From positions 78,258,454 through 78,322,453 of the forward strand of contig NC_133619.1 in the NCBI RefSeq assembly GCF_048593235.1: a stretch of DNA of 64,000 nucleotides. The letters are read 5' to 3'. The notes below the pieces were generated by a model. The model was given only the letters and a program-made list of their open reading frames with translations, did not search any database and was not told where the DNA came from. Below, one piece after another: positions 52,440 to 64,000 of the stretch (position 1 is its first letter; every line of letters starts with the position of its first letter). The DNA is from Sminthopsis crassicaudata. Lineage: Eukaryota. A program made the translations under genes and the position numbers.

Positions 52440-53740
52440 CTTTTAACAAATGTTGTTTGTAACTATATGAATAAAAATACAATTTTTTTGCAGAAATATA
52501 GACCTACATAAATGAAAAAATATTAAGAGTTAGTGGCTGTCAATATACTAAAAATGACAATGCTACTTAAGTTCATTTATTTATTCAGTGCCATAGTAAT
52601 CAAACAATCAAATTATATTTACTTGAGCTAGAAAAAATAACAACCAAATTCAATTGAAGGAGCAAAAGGTTAAGAAACTCAAGGAAAATAATGAAAAATG
52701 AAGGAAGGAACAGGTCCCAGAAATACCAAATCCTAAACTATAAAAGAAAGCAGTGATTTTTGAAACAATTTGGTACAGGTTAAAAAAGAGAGACTGATCA
52801 ATGGAATAAAATATGAATGCAAATGAACCTAGTAGTTTAGAGTTTGATAAACCCACAATCCCCAGATAATGGAAGAAAGACACACTATATGGAAAAACTG
52901 AAAGAATCTGGAAGAAATTATGTTAGAGCAATATCTCATACTATATTCCAAAATTAGCTCCAAATGGGTACATGACTTAGTTATAAAAGATTACATCATA
53001 AATAAATTACATGAACAAGGAAAAAACTGTCTTTTGGATTTATAGAAGTATGTGTGTGTATGGGGGTTATGACTAAATAAGGAATAGAGATCACAGAAGA
53101 TAAAATGTACAATTTTGATTACATGATTTAATTTTAAAAGTTTTGTACACACAAAAAAAATGCATCTAAAACACAAAGGGAAGAAATTTTTGCAACAAGT
53201 TTATTTGATAAAGGTCTCATATCTAAGAGATATAAGGAAGGGATTTAAATTAAAGACCAACAAACAAGAGCCATTCCCCAAGACACAAACGTTCTGAAGC
53301 AGTTTTAAAAGAATAAATCCATGTTATCAATGACCACGAAAAAGTGCTCCAGATCATTAACAATTAAAGAGTTGCAAATTATAGCAACTATAAATTTCCA
53401 ATTCAGAGTATGAGAATGGCAAATGGCAAAATAGAAAAATGAAATTTGTTAGAGTAACTATAACAGGAATACTAATGTAGTATTAGTAGACCTATAAATT
53501 AATATGGACATTTTGGTAGCAATGTAAAATTCTGAATAAAAAGTCACTACATTGGGAAATGATGAAGAGGTGATTTCAGAGAAACCTGGAAAGAAACTGT
53601 TTAAATGGATGCAGTATGAAGGAATAGAATCCAGAGAATAATGTATACAATAATAAAAAATTTACAAAGAAAAACATTTTAAAGACTTGAGAATTCTGAC
53701 CCACATTATGACAAATTACTATATAATCTAATAAGGAAGC
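52440..53740 (+). mobile_element. Old L1 ORF2 C-terminal half and 3' region
   Basis: aaaaatgacaatgctacttaagttcatttatttattcagtgccata..., gagctagaaaaaataacaaccaaattca, aaacaatttggtac, tgataaaggtctcatatctaaga.atataagga. Confidence 0.85.
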
Positions 53741-54489
53741 TATGACATGTGTACAAATGGGTACTCATTTTAAGTGCAATGTTCTCATAGTTGACAGAAT
53801 AAAGAGCTAACTATTCTATACAATGTACAACCCAAGTATAACACTGTTTCTCTTGGTTTTTCTCTTTCCTCTCTGACCCTCTCCTCTCAGTCTCTTTTGT
53901 GGAATTTTCATGCATCTTCTGCTTCTTCATGTGAGTATCCCTCTAAATTTAGAGAAGACATACCTCCCAAAATGTATTTGTCCTCCAGACTCTCCTATTC
54001 ATTTTGAAGATAGCAGTAACCTTCTAGTCACCCAGATCCACAACTAAATTTAATAAAAGTTTATGGTTAAATTCCAACAGTCAACTTGGGGGGAGGGATA
54101 GTTTATAAACTGAAGGTATAGAATACAATGGATTATCATGCTCAAAAACTCTTCCCTACCTTCATTATTAGGCTCTTGAAATTAGAGCAGGGATAACTTT
54201 GGACATTATGGGAAGAATGAGCTTCATAGAATAACAATTTAGTCCTCTAAATTAATTTCTAACATAGTCAACACAAATTCCAATTTTTTCCACTTTCCTA
54301 CCAAAATAGAAATCTCTGTCAAAATACAATGTTACTAAAATACCAATTAACCAAATTGCACCCTAGAAGCCTTCTGCAAAAGCAGACACCCTGCAAATAA
54401 AATGTATTTTTGCTCCTGATTATAGATAACATAAAACAGAATCAGCTAATCTCATCTTTAGTTATTCATGCTGTAGAATAATTTTTGGT

Positions 54490-54665
54490 TCTTAAATCAG
54501 AGGCCTGGGTCCAAATTTAGGATCTGTCATTTTTTATCCATATTATCTTGGACAAGTCACTTCATCTCTTTTGGACATAGGGTGCTCATATATAAAATCA
54601 CAAAGTTGAAGTAGACAGAGGATATTTAAGGTCCCTTCCAGTTCTGTATTTGCAATTCTCTAATC
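54490..54665 (+). mobile_element. MIR3 SINE fragment
   Basis: aaatcagaggcctgggtccaaat...tcttggacaagtcacttcatctct...tataaaat...ggatatttaaggtcccttccagttct. Confidence 0.7.
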
Positions 54666-57600
54666 TGAGAAACAATATTATATGAGCAGGTTAAAATCAG
54701 CTACAAACCCTCCCTAACTGCTTCCGTTCTCTCTCCTCCCCCAAAGTAGCAATGTTAATTTGTGGATTAAATAATGATCTTTTGACATTCAAGTTCCCTT
54801 ACAGATATTAAATATTAGATGATATTTCTTATTAGTCCTGGTTTTGCCTAGCTTTCCAACATGTTATTACTATTATCAAAGGTATCCACTTAAAGACTAA
54901 TAATGTTCAAATTCCTGGCATGATCAAAGTGAATAATTTCTATGGCAGTTAGTGGTTACTAACGAAATCATATCTTTCTGTGAAAAGCAAATGAGTGTGC
55001 CTTGTAAGAATGTAAAGCTCTGTTTAAAATACATGTATAATTCAATTCAATACAACATTTATTAAATGCCAACTATATGCAAGCATGGGGGATACAAAGA
55101 CCTAAATAAGAGACTTTGTAACAAACTTACAATCTACTGAATATTTAGAATGTGTAAGCCAACTTTTGTATTATTTGTTCCTATCTTCACTGTATAGAGG
55201 GATAAAACATTGCTCAAGTGGCAAACAAGAGAGGAAGTGACAAAATTCAGCTGTTAGAGAAGTCTCATAATCAAAGTTAGAGACAGATGCTAATGCAGAA
55301 TAGCTTCTCAATGCCAAAGAAAGCTACTGGCTCCATGCATAGAATTCCATGAGTTAGTTGCTATAAGAAGAAGATTGAGATCCCTGAATGGCAGTCAAGA
55401 TTTTTTTTAAAAACTCAGCTAGAACAGTTTATACCTTTGTCCAAGTTCATATCTATACCAGAGGAGGCGATATTCCAAGGCTACTGGATCTTGAATCCCT
55501 TTTCTGATGTAAGTACCTCCTCTTATCCCTCCTCAAAAAGTTCTTTGTATAGAATCTAGAAATAGTTCTTCTTTGAGAATAGAAATCAATATTTAACATT
55601 ATAAAAGGTATCTAAAGTGTCTTTCAGATGATTAGATGAAGTTCTTTAGATGTAGTCAAGCACTTGCCCAAACTGATGAATCCCCCAAACCTTGTCCTTG
55701 TCCCTGCTGTACCTGCTCTATCAGGGTCATTCTTAGGCTCAGTAAAGATGCGTAGTAGTAGGAAGAAAGAAAGGATTACTTGCTTTGCAATGATTCCCAT
55801 TGCTGCTAAGTCCTTCTCACAAATTTAGGTTAATTCTCTTGCTTATATAGATATTTGAAAATTGGGTTTAGGGATAAGAAAGGGGGAACAGAGAAATGGT
55901 GGCCTATAAGCAAGTCTCTTGGAAATCACTTCATTCTTCAATGGAATACCATTTCTATCCTTCTGCTCCAAGCTTTGATTTTCATTTTTTATACAATTAT
56001 GGAGAAGATGAGTCTTACTATTTATTTCCCACCCTTCATAGCTCTGCAACGGGGCAATCATGCAAGAATTTCACTATGATATCCAACACAGAGCTGAATA
56101 TTTCATTTATCCATCACACCACTATTGTACCATGCCTAAAACATGAGGGGGAGGCTTTACCTAGCAGAATTAATTTTATTTGGTCCATTCTAGTATTCTT
56201 AAATGAAGTTACCCTCTGCCCAAAATGGTGGAAAAGGATTGAAAATGTTGCTTTTTTAATAAAAAATAAAATTATAGTTATTTTGACTATTTTCTTATAC
56301 TTTCAAAATCAAGGTATATCCATTTATTCAACCATATGTAGAGGCTATTCTTAGAAAGATTAATAGCAGCGTCTTAGTTGCCCTTCCCCTTAGGCTAAAA
56401 TCATTTAATTAGTCTGAGATTTCATCGGCAATGTTTGAACTTCCCACTCTAGCATTAAAATCTCCCAATAAAAGAATGCCTTAATCCAGAAGAGAAGTAA
56501 TTGGATCTTCCATTATTGATGAAAGTGCTACCAATATATCCTTAACAAAAAAAAAAAATTATTTTAGGGAAAGTGTTCGTTAAGTCAAAAGCATGGGAAG
56601 TATTTCCTCCCAGCTTCAGCTTTGTGATTAACATATTTGTCTTATAAATTAATATTAAGATATTAATTTACACATTTCAATAACATGCAGAGGATTTCAA
56701 GGAACTTGATAAAAATAATTATGTTTTAAAACACCCTCCACATAAGGGAAGAAAAGTGTTATTACAGTTTTTCTGCCCAATAGAAAAAACTGAGGGTCCA
56801 AAAGATTGCATGACTTTCTGAGGGTCACAGCATGAATTAGTGCAAGGCTGGGAATGAATCAAAATGGCCAGGTTTCATTTCCAATTCTGCCTTGTCTTAT
56901 TGTGTGCAATGAACTTGGGCAAACACAATAAAAATGCTTGACTTGTTTCATGGGGAGTTGTGATGTGAAATTAATAGATAGAGTGCTTTAAGACTCTTTG
57001 AATGAAAAATTATTATAAAGGCCAAGCAGGAAGCCATAACAATATTTTCTCTCACCAACAACTCTCCCTTTGGTTTTCCATTTTAGATTATACTTACTGA
57101 AAAATTTGTATATTTGATTTTTTTTAGTAGACTCCCTAGAGGCAAAAAGTCTTATGTGCTTTATTAGATATCATAGCAAATCCATTAGCTTAGAAAAGAA
57201 TCCCCATAATATCCAAATGTATAATTTTCCAAATTACATTATCTGTGCTAACTGTGTCTATAATGGTCCTAATTACCTCCTTTCCTATCTCAGTATTCCA
57301 AATATTGATCATCATCCCTTGCTTATCACAGTGCCCTATTTCCTATTCATTATTGGAGGGCAAAATGTAATCTGGTCTGTACATTATCTGCTCTCATTGG
57401 AGCCTAAACTCCTTTCATGGCAATTGAAAAATCCTTCAGTGCCAAGAATTCATATATAACTCCAGTAGTTTCTTACAACCTCCTGAAAGTCATGCTAATA
57501 GTTTAAATACTGATCTTAGAATCATAGAATCATTCAAGGACTTCAGCAGTTACCCTAGTAATTTCAGTATGTAGATTTGGAAACTGAGGTTCAGAGATAG

Positions 57601-57829
57601 TAATTTCCATGCCCAAGGTCACACAGCAAGTTAATGGAAGAAAAGAGACCAGAATGCCAGTCTCCTGAATTCCAATTCCTCACTTATCTCACTCAATTCT
57701 CTTTCTTATTTCAACTCTCCTAGCTTTCTTGTCATTCATATTAGAAGCTTGATGTCAGATTTAACTCTTATCCAATTTACCTCCCACCCACTTGTTAAAT
57801 TACCGATCTATTGTCCAAAATACAAGCTC

Positions 57830-58912
57830 TTCTAAAACTGGAATGATGAAGATCCAAGTTCAAATCCGGCCTTACATATTTGATAGCTGTATGATTATTG
57901 GCAAGTTATTTGCCTCAGTTTCCTCATCTGTAAAATTACAGCACTTATCTGCCAGGATAATTCAACACCACTGCAAAACCTTGTTCCAAATTTTTTTCTC
58001 CCTCCATTCCTCTTCCCTCCTTTCCTAGACAGCAAGTAATCCAATGTATGTTAAATATGTGTAATTCTTCTATACACATTTCCACAATTATCATGTTGCA
58101 CAAGAAAAATCAGATCAAAAAGAAAAAATGAGAAAGAAAGCAAAATGCAAGAAAATGATAACAACAAAAAGAGTTAAAATACTATGTTGTGATCCACATT
58201 CAATCCCCATATTTCTCTTTGGATGCAGATGACTCCCTATTAAAAGACCATTGGAATTGGCCTGAATCACCTTGCTATTGAAAAGAGCCACATCCATCAA
58301 TACTGATCATCATATAATTTTCTTCTTGCTATGTACAATGTTCTCTTGCATGTATTCACTTCACTTAGCTTCAGCTCATCTAATTTCTCCAGATCGCTCT
58401 CAAATTATCCTACTGGTCATTTCTTATAGAACAATAATATCCCATAATATTCATATACCATAACTTATTTAGCCATTCTCAAACTGATGGATATCCATTC
58501 AATTTCCAGTTTCTTGCCACTACAAAAAGGGCTACTACAAAGATTTTTGCACAAATAGGTTCTTATCCTTTTCCCTTTTTTTTTTTTTTTTTTTTTTTTT
58601 TTGGATCTCTTTGGGATACAGGACCAGTAGAAGCTCTGCTGGGTCAAAGAGTATGCACAGTTTAATAGCCCTTCAGGCATAGTTCCATCTTGCTCTCTAG
58701 AATGGTTGGATAAATTCCTAACTCCACCAACAATGTATCAGTGTCACAGTTTTCCCTCATCCCCTCCAACATTCATCATTATCTTTTGTTGTCATCTGAG
58801 AAGTGTATAGTGGTAGTTAAGAATTGTCTTAAATTGCAATGAAATTATATTTGTAAAGCACTTCACAAAACTTAAAGTAATAAATAATGCTAAATTTTAT
58901 GATTATGATTAT
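57830..58912 (+). mobile_element. MIR SINE split by an L1 insertion
   Basis: Head and core at 57830-57960 (ccaagttcaaatccggcc...ggcaagttatttgcctcagtttcctcatctgtaaaat). Tail at 58830-58912 (aatgaaattatatttgtaaagcacttcacaaaac). Confidence 0.65.
57985..58820 (-). mobile_element. Marsupial L1 3' fragment (ORF2 end and 3'UTR) with internal poly-T expansion
   Basis: cctttcctagacagcaagtaatccaat..., tccagtttcttgccactacaaaaagggc, ctgggtcaaagagtatgcacagttt, ccaacaatgtatcagtgtc..agttttccc. Poly-T at about 58576-58601. Confidence 0.88.
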
Positions 58913-60182
58913 TCTCCTGATAATTTATCCTCTGATATACAGCAAATGAAGAAACATCAGTTAGGAAACAGATCTAGCTTATATTACTTTAAAATGAAGA
59001 TTTATGAAATTCCCTATGGGTCCTACATCATATTGTCCCTTGTCACAAGCCCATTCTCTAGGATTTGATTCTCTTTCTATTATTTCTCAATGTCTGGCAC
59101 AATATGTGGCACACATATAGCGGACAGTTTAAAAATGAATATAAATTATAGTAGCCAGAGAAAATGACTTCCTTGGATTTCACAGGCCAAATTAAATTGA
59201 TTTACATATATTAGGGGTTAAGCCTTGGGGTTGTCCCTTTGATCCAAGTTGAACTTTTTGTACAGTGATAACAATGGACTTGAAACATTTCTAGCCTCCA
59301 CTGCTATGGCTGAACAGTCATTTGAGGCCTTGTATTTTTTTTCCTTTAAAGATAATAATTTAATCAAAATCTAGACCAACGTTACCAAGTATCCTATTTA
59401 GAGAATATCTAAGAGCAAGCAAAGGAAAGATTATAGAAAGATCATAAAACAACTTTGCTAGATTCTAAATATAAAACTTAAGGTTGATGATGTAGATAAC
59501 AAAATTTACCAAATTTATGATTGTAGAAAGGTTTTCTTCCCACCTAATTCATTACACTATTAGTCCACTTAACTATCACCACAGTTTTTGGCATTTCCAT
59601 CTGCATCAAAAAGTACCTCAGAGAATTGCTTGAGAAGCTGTGTTAAGTATTGTACCAAAAAAAATCATAAAAGCCTCTTTGGCTTTGTGTATCATCTCTA
59701 TTATATTATTATTATTTGATAGAAATGATAAACTGCTATTTAAAATATGTACTTTAAAAATCTTACTGCCTTCTTAAGTGTGCTATTTATTGTTATTATT
59801 TATTCAAATAAAAATATTTTATTTTAGTCAAATATTTTTGAAAAAGAAATCTCCCTCAAATTGTACAATCAGAATCAAGGAAGAACATGATGTTAAGATG
59901 CAAAAATGCTTTGTGGCCAGATTGTTAATAAGTACATTTTACATGCCAAGTTGCCCCTAGATTTTTATTTATCATGTTAACATTTCCTTTACTTCTAGTT
60001 GCTAAAATCCTAAGTCATACTCTACTGAACTTGTATAGAACAATCTTCCTGCTCATTCTCCTACTGAGGAATCTCTAAATTATCATTTATATAAGCAGGG
60101 ATTTACTGTTGTCCTAGGGACAGGACCTCCTAAGTATAGGACTGATACATATAAAGATACAGAGAAGTGGAAGATATCCCTA

Positions 60183-60417
60183 AGGATAGGTAGGTGGCAC
60201 AGTATTAGAATACAAGGCTTGAAGTCAGGAAGATTGCTTTCCCCTAGTTCATATTTGCCCTCAGATTCTCTCTAGTTATGTGACCTTGTGAAAGTCATTT
60301 AACCCAGTTTCCTGGTCTATAAAATGAGCTGGAGAAGAAAACCACTCCAGCATCTTTGCCAAGAAAACCCCAAATGGCATCATGAAGAGTCAGACCTGAC
60401 TGAACAATGACAGAACA
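60183..60417 (+). mobile_element. Mar1-type CORE-SINE
   Basis: taggtggcacagt...gaagtcaggaaga head. Tail ataaaatgagctggagaag...ccactccagcatctttgccaagaaaaccccaaatgg..tcatgaagagtcagac..gactgaacaa. Confidence 0.85.
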
Positions 60418-60699
60418 TGATCTTGCCTTGGAAGGAATTCAAATTTGTTTTGAGAGACAGGACAGACATAGAAAGATAAAAAATATCTCTCTCCCTGTGT
60501 TTTTGGTTTCTATTTCTCTTTCTTAGGAAGGAAGTGTTGTTGAAGGGAAAATCCATCATATAGACTTCAACTGACTTGACAAAAGATCCAAGGGAGTCAA
60601 CTGCTTTTAGAAAATGGGAATAAAAATTGTGAAGATGAATAAAAGTTTTAAAGAATTCAATTCAACAAATATTTATCAAGTAACTATTAAGTCTAAAGA

Positions 60700-60870
60700 A
60701 AGAGATAGAATCATGGATTGAGAGCTGGAAAGGAGCTTCTAGTTCAACTCATCCAAGCCTTTCATTTTACTGATATGGTAATTGGCCCAAAGACTTGAAG
60801 GTCACACACAGGACAGTGATAGAGTTTGGATTTGAAATCAGGTCTCTGACTCCAAATCCTATGATTTTTT
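60700..60870 (-). mobile_element. MIR3-like SINE fragment
   Basis: agaatcatggattgagagctggaaaggagcttctagttcaac...cccaaagacttgaaggtcacac...ggatttgaaatcaggtctctgactccaaatcc. Confidence 0.7.
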
Positions 60871-61242
60871 CCCCAGTATGCCTCATTGTCTTTTTGTGGG
60901 TTGAGCTCTGCTGTTTTCACTTTTTTTTTCCTTTTTCTTAATTTTTTTTTTTTTAGAGGGGGGTGAAGCACATTGGATTATCAATGTTTAAAACATTTTT
61001 ATGGCACTTTAAAAAAATCTCCTCTAAGGAGCTGGAGATGATTTTCTCCATTTCACAAATTAGGAAATGGACTCAGATAATATTCTTAATAAGTCGGTGA
61101 GCACACTTCTATTTTACTTTCACTATCACAATCTTTCAGGATAAATTTAGTCTTTGCATTTGAACATTTTAGGCAATCACATGGAATATATCTCAAAAAG
61201 TTAAAACTTTCTTCTGTCTTTAGGAGTATGGGTTTTTTTCAT

Positions 61243-61244
<2 letters not shown>

Positions 61245-61271
<27 letters not shown>
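61245..61271. repeat. Poly-T tract
   Basis: Mononucleotide run of about 27 T. Confidence 0.9.
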
Positions 61272-61276
<5 letters not shown>

Positions 61277-61417
61277 TTGTTTCCCTGTAAATTGAAAAGG
61301 TAGCAGCAAAGCCAATAATGGATTTAAATGTGAGATTATCACCCTGCTCCTAAAGGTATAGGTAAAAACACAGATGAATTGTTTTAGATTCAAAAGGTAA
61401 AGAGTGATTACCAAAGA

Positions 61418-61878
61418 NNNNNNNNNNNNNNNNNNNNNNNNNNNNNNNNNNNNNNNNNNNNNNNNNNNNNNNNNNNNNNNNNNNNNNNNNNNNNNNNNNN
61501 NNNNNNNNNNNNNNNNNNNNNNNNNNNNNNNNNNNNNNNNNNNNNNNNNNNNNNNNNNNNNNNNNNNNNNNNNNNNNNNNNNNNNNNNNNNNNNNNNNNN
61601 NNNNNNNNNNNNNNNNNNNNNNNNNNNNNNNNNNNNNNNNNNNNNNNNNNNNNNNNNNNNNNNNNNNNNNNNNNNNNNNNNNNNNNNNNNNNNNNNNNNN
61701 NNNNNNNNNNNNNNNNNNNNNNNNNNNNNNNNNNNNNNNNNNNNNNNNNNNNNNNNNNNNNNNNNNNNNNNNNNNNNNNNNNNNNNNNNNNNNNNNNNNN
61801 NNNNNNNNNNNNNNNNNNNNNNNNNNNNNNNNNNNNNNNNNNNNNNNNNNNNNNNNNNNNNNNNNNNNNNNNNNNNNN
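61418..61878. other. Assembly gap (N run)
   Basis: 461 N. Confidence 0.99.
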
Positions 61879-63499
61879 ATATATTCTCCATTGAGTTGAA
61901 TTGCAGTGATTTGAATTTCAATTTCACAGTTGACCCAAAAAAGGCAAATTTCTTCATCTGGAAATGGAAATGATAATTGCACTTTTCAGCTTCTTAAGAA
62001 TGTTCTGGAAATTTAACATGTCCTTCCTCCAATATTGCTCTATTCTCCCAGAATGCCATAGTTAAAAATAATGCTTCATCCTTATTTTATTTCCTGGAAG
62101 CTAGCCCACTACTTCCTGTCCTTTGTGGGCTCTTTCTCCTTACCTTCAAAGCTCTAATCATGACTCTTCTACCTGTAATTATTTCCTCATTTTCTTCTGT
62201 TCTTTCCTTTTCTTTTTAAAACTATTCTTCTCGTTTAACTTCTCTCTTTGTAATATTAACCTTTTCTGCCATTTCTACTCTGTTACATAAGCTTTAAATA
62301 GTTTTATTTTTACAGTTTGACAAGACCATTTTTATTCTCTTTCAATTTCTCCTTTAAAAATCTTGTACCTTGGTAACAGACTTTTCACTTGTAATGCTGA
62401 CTTTTCAAATGATCTTTTCCCTTTGCAGTTTACTCCTTGCTTTGCTTTCCTGAGTAGCACATTGGCCTTTTGCTTTTGACTGTGGAATGGACTACATTTT
62501 TGTGGGGCTCATATGCAGAGCATGTCCTAAAAATAATACATCGTAATTTTTAAAAAATAGCCAATACTAGTAAGATTAAAAAAAAATTATTAGCGAAACC
62601 AAAAGGTCAGATTGTAGTTAAATTTCTTGACTGTCTCCCATGTTAAGATAACTTTATTAGATGTTGAAGTTTTATTTTCAACTACTATGTATCTGTATTT
62701 AAAAGACATAGGAATTACTATTAACTTTTTCAATTTTACCTTTTATTATTTTTTTAACATTCAAATTACCATACATAGAAATTATAGAAACTATTAACTT
62801 CAGAGTTCTTTGCAAAACAGCTAGAAATGTTTCTCTCAGATATGTTAAATTTTGGATCTCTCATAGCAATCGGGTAAAAATTTGGTACTGAAATGAATTT
62901 TAATTATTAAGCCAAAATTAAGAAAGTGATAGGTATTTATTAAGCACCTTATGTCTTCAATTGTTTTCTAGACATTTTTTAAACATTTATAAATATGACA
63001 TGATCTATGCTCTTAATGGGCTTATCAAACTGGAGAAATGAGATTGACATATAGAAAACAAAGGATAGCATGAAAATAGTATTTAATTACAAAGGTGCTC
63101 ATATGACAGGCAGATGGCAAGATAGGTAGAATGTCAAGTCAAGTGGCTGGATATGATATGGTTTCTAGGAAGATAGAATGGACTAAGAGGGCTAATTTAC
63201 ACGGTTGCCAATCAATTGGATTTAGAACTCAAAGGGATCTTAATCTTAGAGGACATGTAGACTAGTCCTGCTATTTTACAGATTAAGAAACTGATGCTGA
63301 GAAAAATAAGTGATTTGCGTAAGTATAGCCCAAATTTGAACTTTGGTTTTCTGCCTCCAAATCCACTTATCATTAGTCCATACTGCTTGCTGTTGATTAT
63401 GAAAAGCATTTAGCTGACCACAAACAGAACTGGTACACTGATCCATATATACCTTTGGCAGATACTGAAGTTGGCTAATGAACTGGCCCCAGAACTTTG

Positions 63500-63752
63500 N
63501 NNNNNNNNNNNNNNNNNNNNNNNNNNNNNNNNNNNNNNNNNNNNNNNNNNNNNNNNNNNNNNNNNNNNNNNNNNNNNNNNNNNNNNNNNNNNNNNNNNNN
63601 NNNNNNNNNNNNNNNNNNNNNNNNNNNNNNNNNNNNNNNNNNNNNNNNNNNNNNNNNNNNNNNNNNNNNNNNNNNNNNNNNNNNNNNNNNNNNNNNNNNN
63701 NNNNNNNNNNNNNNNNNNNNNNNNNNNNNNNNNNNNNNNNNNNNNNNNNNNN
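63500..63752. other. Assembly gap (N run)
   Basis: 253 N. Confidence 0.99.
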
Positions 63753-64000
63753 AGATTCTTTTAAAAAGATCCAAAAACCAAAACCAAAAAACCACTCTGT
63801 CCATCTATACAAAATACTTTATTAAAAACAATATTGCACACCAAGACAGCCAACTAAAGTTGTTTGGTAAATGTTCACATTTAAATTAATTAATTCCAAT
63901 ACATGAAGAAACAGAACACCTTTTCAGTTACTCCTTTTAAGTCCTCAGCAGTATTCTTTATTTTTCCATTCACTCTCATACATTTTTTTTTTTTTGGCTG

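Noticed and set aside
55896-56354. 152-aa plus-strand ORF
   Set aside because: No recognisable domain, composition typical of translated AT-rich intron, and antisense to PARD3B.
56420-56445. Minus-strand IADE peptide resembling PARD3 GIADE
   Set aside because: A stop codon follows within three codons and there is no exon structure.
61940-61960. FPDE-encoding sequence after a cag, resembling the small upstream PARD3B exon (recalled as VPDESKV...)
   Set aside because: The following residues (EICLFWVN) do not match and no suitable donor follows.

Overview
This is an AT-rich, CpG-depleted, repeat-dense stretch of a mammalian draft assembly with five N gaps. Marsupial-type repeats (WSINE1, Mar1, marsupial L1 ends) point to an Australian marsupial, probably a dasyurid such as the Tasmanian devil; the species is an inference. 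The window appears to lie inside the PARD3B (Par-3 family polarity regulator beta) gene on the minus strand. Only two coding exons are recognisable, 49837-49631 and 48831-48594, with canonical splice sites and matching phases. The rest appears to be intron containing L1, L2, L3/CR1, RTE-type, MIR/Mar1/WSINE1 and MITE fragments, microsatellites and a few unique blocks that may be conserved elements. The other ORF-track entries are repeat-derived, N-gap artefacts or chance ORFs. I found no convincing new biological system. The most unusual observations are a 185-bp internal L1 ORF2 fragment with a perfect 17-bp TSD and no 3'UTR, a TSD-bounded L1 that has ORF1 but no ORF2, a twin-priming L1 inversion, and a weak donor whose read-through would give a truncated PARD3B. 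Repeat boundaries were set by eye and family names come from recalled consensus sequences; no database search was run.
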